This document shows positions 44,784-52,314 of a DNA stretch of 64,000 bases, in pieces. The position numbers and the translations under genes are program-made. The notes under the pieces are model-generated. The model was not told the origin of the DNA, did no database searches, and was given only the letters and a program-made list of their open reading frames with translations. The DNA comes from Bacteroidales bacterium (GTDB lineage Bacteria > Bacteroidota > Bacteroidia > Bacteroidales > NBLH01), in contig JAXLTR010000016.1 in assembly GCA_046329965.1 (NCBI GenBank), positions 127,598 to 191,597 on the forward strand, read 5' to 3'. Numbering within the stretch: the first letter of the stretch is position 1; each line of letters starts with the position of its first letter.

Positions 44784-45134
44784 TTGAAAACAAAACCTGT
44801 ATACCCTATGAAAACAAAACCGGGAAAGAAATTGAGTTTAGTTGTTCAAACTCTTTTTATTATTGTATTTATAGCTGTGTCTTCAATTCTTGTTATGAAA
44901 ATGATAGACAGGGATTCTGATTCCCTTACTGTTTTTTTTATAGGTTTCGCGATATGTGTGGTAGCCATTATAATAATTGCTATTTATATTAATTATTTAT
45001 CTAATCTGTATTCTCAAATAAAAAAGGCAGGTAAAGAACACAATATTGTTGAACTAACTACCATTCAGAGTGAGAAGGAGCACATGAAAACCATTCATTT
45101 CCACCAAATAAAAAAAGAAAAAAATTCTGAGTAA
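44784..45134 (+). CDS. Small hypothetical membrane protein (2 TM)
   Basis: Two hydrophobic helices; start probably ATG at 44808 rather than TTG at 44784. Confidence 0.6.
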   Translation: MKTKPVYPMKTKPGKKLSLVVQTLFIIVFIAVSSILVMKMIDRDSDSLTVFFIGFAICVVAIIIIAIYINYLSNLYSQIKKAGKEHNIVELTTIQSEKEHMKTIHFHQIKKEKNSE

Positions 45135-45375
45135 AAATTATATTTATTGTTATCGCCCAATTGTTTTTTTCCTGTTATTTTTTTTTTGTTTTTTTCTCTA
45201 AGTTTTAATTAGTCAATTTATTCCACTGTTTAATGCAAAAATACATACAGACACGACCTCGGTAAGCTATGCAAATTTTTGGATGTTGTTAATTAATTGA
45301 CAGTTAAAGAAATTTATTTTAAAACATAAAAAAATCCTGTGGTATTTTTTGTCATATAAAAAATTGTTGTATATT

Positions 45376-45395
45376 TGTATTATATGTATAGTACA
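45376..45395. promoter_or_regulatory. Putative YtrA-type GntR operator overlapping the promoter
   Basis: Imperfect palindrome TGTATTATATGTATAGTACA overlapping TATATTTG box (45370-45377) just upstream of the GntR gene. Confidence 0.7.
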
Positions 45396-45411
45396 TTAAT
45401 TATATATTGTT

Positions 45412-45792
45412 ATGATAAATTTTATTTTAGATCCCAAAGATGGTTCCCCGTTTTACAGGCAGATTATCGACCAGATTAAATTTGGAATCGCGTCGGGAAA
45501 ACTCCAGGTGGGCGAACAATTGCCAACAGTCAGGGCGCTGGCTGTGGAACTCAAAGTGAACCTCAATACGGTAGCTAAAGCTTATAAGGAGCTTGAAATA
45601 CAGCACATCCTCGAAACACAGCAAGGTACCGGTACTTTCATCAATTCGAACGATATCCTGTTATCTGAAAAAGAAAAACAAAAGAAAATTCAGGATATAT
45701 GCAGGGAATTTACTACCATAGCTTTTACCTATGGATTTACAATCGACCAAATTATCAATGAACTCCAAAAAATGAATCAAAATGAGAACTAA
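45412..45792 (+). CDS. GntR family regulator, YtrA subfamily
   Basis: 126 aa; PFYRQIIDQI, GEQLPTVRALA, NLNTVAKAYKELE, QGTGTFI; short helical C-terminus. Confidence 0.93.
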   Translation: MINFILDPKDGSPFYRQIIDQIKFGIASGKLQVGEQLPTVRALAVELKVNLNTVAKAYKELEIQHILETQQGTGTFINSNDILLSEKEKQKKIQDICREFTTIAFTYGFTIDQIINELQKMNQNEN

Positions 45793-46690
45793 CAATTTCA
45801 CCAAAAGCCTTTTTAACCCAATTTCAATTTCGATCTTGGTAATTCTTGCCGGTTCACTGGCGTTGCTCTTCTATCTTCAATTAATTAATCAACTGCTATT
45901 TGTAATTTTAATTATCCTCTCCATACTCATCACCAGTTCAATTCAGATAGCCGATCAATGGGAAAAAGCAGTGGTACTAAGGATGGGAAAGTTTATCGGT
46001 TTAAAAGGGCCTGGACTGTTTTTTATCATCCCCGTTATCGACAGGGTGATTAATTACATTGACCAGCGTATCAGGGTTACCGATTTTAAAGCCGATCAAA
46101 CCCTAACAAAAGACACGGTTCCGGTAAATGTTGTGGCTGTACTTTACTGGACTGTCTGGGATGTAGAAAAGGCTGCGCTTGAAGTTCAGGATTATACTTC
46201 AGCCATTCAATATATTGCGCAAACCGGATTGAGGGACATTATCGGGAAACATGAACTTGCGGATTTGCTCCAGGACAGGGAGAAAATTGCAGAAGATCTT
46301 CAGAAAGTTTTGGACGAGAATACTACACCCTGGGGAATTACCTGCCAGACAGTAGGAATAAAGGAAATTACTATTCCTCAAGGACTTGCTGATTCGATGA
46401 GTAAACAGGCCCAGGCCGAAAGGGAGCGACTGGCAAGGGTTATACTGGGTACCGCTGAAACCGAAATTGCAGAAAAATTCTCAATTGCCAGCCGACAATA
46501 TGTCGATAACCCGGTAGCTTTACAACTCAGGGCCATGAACTATATTGGCGAAGGCCTGAAAGAAAAAGGGTCGATGATTATTGTTCCGAGTTCGGCCCTG
46601 GATGGAATGAACCTGGGAACTTTCACCGGTCTTTCAGCTATTTCGGGCAATGTGCTTAAAAAACAAAGTGAAGAACCACTGGATCAATAA
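45782..46690 (+). CDS. Slipin/stomatin (SPFH, band 7) protein
   Basis: WEKAVVLRMGK, GPGLFFIIP, LTKDTVPVNV, KQAQAERERLA, ALQLR. Confidence 0.92.
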   Translation: MRTNNFTKSLFNPISISILVILAGSLALLFYLQLINQLLFVILIILSILITSSIQIADQWEKAVVLRMGKFIGLKGPGLFFIIPVIDRVINYIDQRIRVTDFKADQTLTKDTVPVNVVAVLYWTVWDVEKAALEVQDYTSAIQYIAQTGLRDIIGKHELADLLQDREKIAEDLQKVLDENTTPWGITCQTVGIKEITIPQGLADSMSKQAQAERERLARVILGTAETEIAEKFSIASRQYVDNPVALQLRAMNYIGEGLKEKGSMIIVPSSALDGMNLGTFTGLSAISGNVLKKQSEEPLDQ

Positions 46691-46710
46691 ATCAAACTTT
46701 ATAAAAAAAC

Positions 46711-46745
46711 AAATGCACCGGGTAGATATTCTGCCCGGTGCATTT
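46711..46745. terminator. Bidirectional terminator between slipin and ssb
   Basis: aaatgcaccgggtaga-tat-tctgcccggtgcattt. Confidence 0.8.
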
Positions 46746-46769
46746 AAGTTAATTTCTGAAAAATTAAAC

Positions 46770-47117
46770 CTAAGCTTGTGCTTCTGCAGCCTTTACCTGT
46801 TCTACTTTCTGGGCTACCACTTCGGTAATGTACTTCTCCTGGCCATTTTTATCGGTGTATTTACGGGTATTTAATTTGCCAATTACCGATACCATTTCCC
46901 CTTTTTTAAGAAAGTCGATGGTTTCATCTTTTTTGTTTTTCCAAATGGTTACGTTGTGCCAGGTGGTGGTGGTTACCCACTCGCCCTTATTGTTTTTGTA
47001 ACTCTCGCTGGTGGCCACGCTCATATTTATTAATGTGCGCCCGCTTTCGAATGTTTTTACTTCTGCATCGCGACCTAAAAAACCCTGAATTTCTACTTTG
47101 TTGATTGTTGTTTCCAT
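46770..47117 (-). CDS. ssb: Single-stranded DNA-binding protein, short form without acidic tail
   Basis: NKVEIQGFLGRDAE, SVATSESYK, TWHNVTIW, GKLNTRKYTDKNGQEKYITEV; no C-terminal acidic-PF motif. Confidence 0.9.
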   Translation of the reverse strand: METTINKVEIQGFLGRDAEVKTFESGRTLINMSVATSESYKNNKGEWVTTTTWHNVTIWKNKKDETIDFLKKGEMVSVIGKLNTRKYTDKNGQEKYITEVVAQKVEQVKAAEAQA

Positions 47118-47455
47118 GACTTAAAATTTTAAAAGTTTAACAAAAGTTTGATGAGACAAAGATGCAGGTGTTTTTGCAGCTGATTCGGTTATTAAATAAT
47201 TATAACCGTTTAATATTCGTTTGTAGCCGTTTACAAATGGTTAAAATTGTTTTTTAACTTGATTATTAGCATGTTAATTTTATTATATTCAAAAAAAAAA
47301 ATTAGCAGATATTTGGAAATTCTTTCTGAAATAGGACTGGATTTGATTCAAGTACATTATAAAATTAGTATATTTGTTTGATAGGTCAGGGAGGTATTTA
47401 ACTTGAGGATAGGTTAAACAAAAAGTATGTATATTATTTTACCATAATAAAAGTT

Positions 47456-47662
47456 ATGGAATATTTAGGAGTAGAAATTATTCTTTTTATTTTACTTGGC
47501 TTAATTGGGTTGTTCATTTATTTTTTACCAACTTTTATAGCTTCTGGTAGAAATTCCGCAGCTACATTTCTGATATTTCTGATAAATCTTTTTGGAGGAT
47601 GGACCATAGCCTTGTGGATTTTTGTTTTTATCTGGGCATTCATGGATAAAAAGAAAGTATAA
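47456..47662 (+). CDS. Superinfection immunity protein (T4 Imm-like)
   Basis: 68 aa hydrophobic; IYFLPTFIA...IFLINLFGGWT...WIFVFIWA; own TATATTTG box at 47369-47376. Confidence 0.8.
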   Translation: MEYLGVEIILFILLGLIGLFIYFLPTFIASGRNSAATFLIFLINLFGGWTIALWIFVFIWAFMDKKKV

Positions 47663-47765
47663 TTTAAATTTTAAGAGATGCGAGAATTTAAAAAATCAAC
47701 AATTTTGAAATAGGACAAATATTTATCCCTAATGCTATATTCGATTAACTTTTCAATTAAGTAAA

Positions 47766-48143
47766 ATGTCTGAAGCCAAACAACGAACATGCCCCGAATG
47801 TGGAGATAAGCTCCTTGGCAGGGCCGATAAAAAATTCTGTTCCGACCAGTGTCGTAACTCTTACAATAATCGCCTTAACAGCGATACAAGCAATACGGTA
47901 CGCAACATTAACAATATTTTGAGGAAAAACAGGCGGATTCTGCAGGAACTCAATAAACAGTCGGGCAAAACCATGGTTAGCAAAGAAACACTTATAAAAA
48001 AAGGGTTTGATTTTACCTATCTCACCCATACCTACAAGACACAAAAAGGGTTTACCTACCATTTTTGCTACGAACAGGGTTATCTTTATCTCGAAGATAA
48101 AAGCCTTTACCTGCTGGTAACAAGCAAAGACAAAGAGAATTAG
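47766..48143 (+). CDS. Conserved Zn-ribbon protein (DUF2116-like N-terminus)
   Basis: CPECGDKLLGRADKKFCSDQCRNSYNN; INNILRKNRRIL. Confidence 0.8.
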   Translation: MSEAKQRTCPECGDKLLGRADKKFCSDQCRNSYNNRLNSDTSNTVRNINNILRKNRRILQELNKQSGKTMVSKETLIKKGFDFTYLTHTYKTQKGFTYHFCYEQGYLYLEDKSLYLLVTSKDKEN

Positions 48144-48164
48144 CCTGCTCCTGCCCGGCTTGTT

Positions 48165-49592
48165 TTACACCAGTGTAGCCTTTAGCGTATTTGTACGTCC
48201 CTGAAGGTTTAACGGGGTACTGGCCACATGTACCACAATATTACCTTCGTGGATTAACTCCCTGCTTTTAAGGTATTCGAGTGATTCCTGAACGGCAAGG
48301 TCAATTTGTTCGTATTTTTCGAGTAATATGGTTTCAACTCCCCAAACCAGTGATAATTTGGTAATCAGCTTTTTGTTGTTGGTGAAGACAAAAATCTTTG
48401 CCGGTGGCCTGTGGCTCGACAACCGGTAGGCCGTAAACCCCGAATAGGTAAAAGCAATAATAGCTTCGGCATTCATTTGGGTAGCCATTTTGGCGGCATT
48501 AAAACAAATGGAATTTGGTATGTACGACGGCGTTCCTTCCAACGGTTTATGCGTTCGCTGGAATGGTTTTCCGGATTGCTCTGTATGGCTTATAATCCGC
48601 TGCATGTTTTGAATGGTTTCGCCCGGGTATTTGCCCACCGAAGTTTCGCCACTCAGCATCAGGGCATCGGCACCATCGAGCACCGCATTGGCCACATCTG
48701 TGGCTTCGGCCCGTGTGGGCGTGAAATTTGTAATCATGCTTTCCATCATCTGGGTAGCAATAATTACAGGTTTTGAAGCGGCAATGCACTTATTTACCAG
48801 CATTTTCTGTATCAGCGGCACTTCCTCGAACGAAACTTCAACACCTAAATCGCCACGGGCCACCATCACCCCGTCGGTCAGATCAATTATGGCATCAATT
48901 TCTTTAATGGCTTCGGGTTTTTCAATTTTGGCAATCACGCCGGCATGTCCTTTATGTTTTTTTATCAAATCCTTAAGGTCAATAATGTCCGAAGCCTTAC
49001 GTACAAAAGAAAGAGCAATCCAGTCTACCTCGTGTTCGAGTGCGAAAATGGCATTTGAAATATCTTCTTCGGTGAGTGAGGGCAGCGAAACTTTGGTATT
49101 GGGCAGGTTTACCCCTTTTTTTGAGGAGAGCGGGCCACCGTAAATGACTTTGGCTTTTACAGTGTCCTTTTTATTGGTATCAATCACCTGCAGCTTTAAT
49201 TTTCCATCGTCGATTAAAATGAATTCCCCTTCGTTTACATCTTTAGCAAACTCACTGTAGCTCATGTAAATATGGTCTATGGTACCCAGGCATTTTTCAG
49301 CTACAAAAGTAATGACTTCACCTTCCTTCAGGTCAAGATGGTTGTTTTCAATCTCTCCTACCCTTAATTTAGGTCCCTGCAAATCGGCCAGTATAGCAAC
49401 GTGGGTGCCCAGTTTCGTATTTATTTCACGAATGGTTTTGATGAGTTTAAGGTGCTCTTCCTGTCTTGAATGCGAAAAGTTAAGACGGAAAACATCCACC
49501 CCGTTTGTAATCATTTTTGCAAGTACTTCTTTTGATGAAGAAGCCGGGCCAAGTGTGGCCACAATTTTGGTGTGAGAGGTTTTAAGGGTCAT
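48165..49592 (-). CDS. pyk: Pyruvate kinase
   Basis: TKIVATLGPAS, DLQGPKLR, IAKIE, MVARGDLGVE, IIATQMMESM, MLSGETSVG. Confidence 0.98.
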   Translation of the reverse strand: MTLKTSHTKIVATLGPASSSKEVLAKMITNGVDVFRLNFSHSRQEEHLKLIKTIREINTKLGTHVAILADLQGPKLRVGEIENNHLDLKEGEVITFVAEKCLGTIDHIYMSYSEFAKDVNEGEFILIDDGKLKLQVIDTNKKDTVKAKVIYGGPLSSKKGVNLPNTKVSLPSLTEEDISNAIFALEHEVDWIALSFVRKASDIIDLKDLIKKHKGHAGVIAKIEKPEAIKEIDAIIDLTDGVMVARGDLGVEVSFEEVPLIQKMLVNKCIAASKPVIIATQMMESMITNFTPTRAEATDVANAVLDGADALMLSGETSVGKYPGETIQNMQRIISHTEQSGKPFQRTHKPLEGTPSYIPNSICFNAAKMATQMNAEAIIAFTYSGFTAYRLSSHRPPAKIFVFTNNKKLITKLSLVWGVETILLEKYEQIDLAVQESLEYLKSRELIHEGNIVVHVASTPLNLQGRTNTLKATLV

Positions 49593-49778
49593 AGCGCTGA
49601 ATTTTTGGTACAGGTTACATTATACAACCCGGCAAAAATAGGGAAATTATGCGAATGTTAAATGAAAGGTGGGGTAATTTTTGTAAATGAGAACCGAATA
49701 TAAGGTATCGTGAGCACAGTGATTGAAAAAAAAGCTATACACTTACTACTAATTTAAGGGCTTACCAATAATATTCTG

Positions 49779-50126
49779 TTACATCAAAAGCAATTCTGTA
49801 GTACCTTTTTCTTGCAATTGTCTTACTATATTTGTGATAGCAGTTTCTTTGATAAATCCTTTTAATGATAAATCTTCATCCAAATCTTCCCAATGAAGAC
49901 CTACTCCTCCACCAACAAGTTTCCAGTTATCAAGTTCCTTTTGACTTGCATTATTAAATAATTGTATTCCAGACACTTTTGTTTTTATTATTTTTCCATT
50001 TGTCAATATCAAAACCATCAAATCCAGTTCTTTATCAGAAATAACAGATTTTATTCTCAAACCTTTCTCAAAAATCAAAATATCCAAAGGATCTTTTGAT
50101 CTGATATTTTCAATTTTACTTTTCAT
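49779..50126 (-). CDS. DUF2442 family protein (putative antitoxin partner)
   Basis: ASQKELDNWKLVGGGVGLHWEDLDEDLSLKG; overlaps upstream DUF4160 gene. Confidence 0.85.
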   Translation of the reverse strand: MKSKIENIRSKDPLDILIFEKGLRIKSVISDKELDLMVLILTNGKIIKTKVSGIQLFNNASQKELDNWKLVGGGVGLHWEDLDEDLSLKGFIKETAITNIVRQLQEKGTTELLLM

Positions 50127-50352
50127 GGTACTCTTTCCATTTTAATTTAAATAACTCCAAATTTTGATTCACAATTTCTCTGATTTCTCTTATTTCTTTA
50201 GTTGTAAAACCATAGAAATAAGCATCTTGCACAGGATTAAGCCAAATTTTAGCATTTGCGTCAGCCTTTTCAACGTGGATATGCATAGGTTCTCCATCTT
50301 CTTTGCTCCAAAAGAAGAACCTGAAACCTTTTATTCTTAAAATTGTTGGCAT
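50116..50352 (-). CDS. DUF4160 family protein (putative toxin)
   Basis: MPTILRIKGFRFFFWSKEDGEPMHIHV...AKIWL...W..YH. Confidence 0.88.
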   Translation of the reverse strand: MPTILRIKGFRFFFWSKEDGEPMHIHVEKADANAKIWLNPVQDAYFYGFTTKEIREIREIVNQNLELFKLKWKEYHEK

Positions 50353-50696
50353 ATCATTGCAAAATTAATGTTTTTGGCTAAATTTTAAGTCTATTGCATT
50401 AAATTAATAAAATCATAAAATTTGGAAATAAAATAACCTGGAATAAGAGACAGGTATATTAATCAGGAATTCTTCATGCAGAATATATTTTTAAACCCAC
50501 GAATATTAGCTGAATTGTCAACATTTCTTTTAATGCAAAACAACAAAATTCTTCAATTTCAACTTAAAAGCCCATACTCCAAATATGAACCTCTTTGAAT
50601 AATTGAAACAGGTTGCAAATTAATATTTTAGAATAAGCAGATAATTAGCTGGAACCATGTTTTTTACGAAAAAGCCTGATCAATCGGGTACTTTTG

Positions 50697-51128
50697 TTAC
50701 TTATCCTCGTACTTTATAGACCAATCCACTTTATTGAGATATTCAATATCTATAAGGTACTTTTTTGTAAAAATACTTTTAGAAATAACCATCTTTAATC
50801 CATATTTATCAACAGAGTCCTTAGCTACTATAAATAATCTCATCTTACCATCTTGACAATCCTTAATATACTCTTCCCAATTGATTGGGTTATCAATAAA
50901 ATATGCTAATGTGTCTTGTTTTACTTTATCAACAGCATCAATAGCTTTCTCACTATAATCTTGATAAGGATCAGAAAACTCATCTTTTTCAGAAATAAAA
51001 AAATAAATTATATCATTTGATTTATTGTAAATCTTTAGTTTACGATTATCAGGTGCTCTATCTAAGCAACCACAAAATATTGAAACTAAAAGAAAAATTA
51101 AACAACAACTTTTCATTTTATAAATCAT
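50697..51128 (-). CDS. Lipoprotein, putative immunity protein for upstream RHS C-terminal domain
   Basis: Lipobox IFCGC (likely start at 51116); 4-bp overlap with RHS stop codon. Confidence 0.65.
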   Translation of the reverse strand: MIYKMKSCCLIFLLVSIFCGCLDRAPDNRKLKIYNKSNDIIYFFISEKDEFSDPYQDYSEKAIDAVDKVKQDTLAYFIDNPINWEEYIKDCQDGKMRLFIVAKDSVDKYGLKMVISKSIFTKKYLIDIEYLNKVDWSIKYEDK

Positions 51129-52153
51129 TTGTGAAAATATAGTTTGCTCTTAAGTTCGTCACTAATATAGCTTGAGTTTACAGGATAATTTTTAAAGTCC
51201 CAGAATGATGGATAATTAAAGTAATAATACGACATTGTAATTTCTTGAACTTTGGTCCAAGTTCTATTATACAAAAAATAGTTACTTGCTTTATTTATAT
51301 CAGATCCAAAATTTATCAAACTTGAAGGTACTACATTTAAATTATACCATAAACTACCACCATATTTGTTCTGAAGAAAATGACCAAATTCATGCATTAA
51401 ATGTTTACCAGCATTTGAATTCAGACCACGATTTTGATAAGTTAAAAGAATAGATTTCTTAGTATTGATAGCTCCAGCAAAATAGGAACTAGCAGTTGTG
51501 CTTTCAGAAATATATCTCACATCTGATTCATAGAATTTATCCTTTTGATTCGAAGGATCACTCCCAAGCACTTGAGGTGGATTACTTAAAATCTTATGCT
51601 GGAGATTATTACAGTTAAAAGTACCAAAAGCAAAAACTTTTTGCGATGCTATCGTAACTGGACTAATGATATAAGATTGAAAATCTTCATTCCAGGTATA
51701 GGTGGGAGTTCCTTTATTGTATTGGTTGGTTACATTTATATAAGTGTATCCAATAAAGTCTCCATCACCAAGATTTTCAAATTCAATTTTTCCATCTTGC
51801 ATATTATTAGCTATATTGAACATTCCCACCCAAAAATCGCGATAATCATTATTACCATATTTCTCCTGTACCCATCCCGGCAAAGCCCCTCCTCCTCCAA
51901 CATATCCTTCTCCATGTACATAAGGCATATAATCCGGGCAAAATGCCTGGCTTATAGAGGTATAGGCAGTAAAAGCTTTACCTAAATTCCAATATTCATC
52001 CAATGCTGCCATCTTGTACCAACTCGGGTCCGTATACTTAAGCGGGTTGTTAAGGCAATAGCTGTAGCGGTTAAAGTTTTGGGCAAAGGTGGGTTGCTGG
52101 TTTTTCAAAGAACGCAGCTCAAAGATAGGAAACTTAATTCTTTTTGCATACAA
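51125..52153 (-). pseudogene. Orphan RHS fragment: end of RHS core plus C-terminal toxin domain
   Basis: QNFNRYSYCLNNPLKYTDPS (52022-52081) is the RHS-associated core signature but no YD repeats precede it; DPSW instead of DPSG; HEFGH motif in C-terminal domain. Confidence 0.8.
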
Positions 52154-52314
52154 AGCGCAAATATTTTAATTTTTATCCTATGTTTCTGCTCATCAAATAC
52201 CATGAAACAGGATTTTTACGATGAATTCAAAACACGATAACCTGCTTTAAATTCAAAAATTATTATATTGCAAATAAAGTTATAAAATGTAGAGTTTCAG
52301 ATTAAATTCCTGAA

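Noticed and set aside
44785-44821. 13-nt direct repeat tgaaaacaaaacc giving MKTKPVYPMKTKPG
   Set aside because: Two copies only; most likely a local duplication around the start codon, not an att site or CRISPR repeat
50400-50696. Possible additional decayed immunity gene between the lipoprotein and DUF4160
   Set aside because: Only a 40-codon plus-strand ORF and interrupted minus-strand frames with no recognisable motif
44784-52153. Possible prophage or ICE (ssb, Imm, Zn-ribbon, TA pair, RHS)
   Set aside because: No integrase, transposase, structural or conjugation genes; housekeeping pyk lies in the middle; no flanking direct repeats seen
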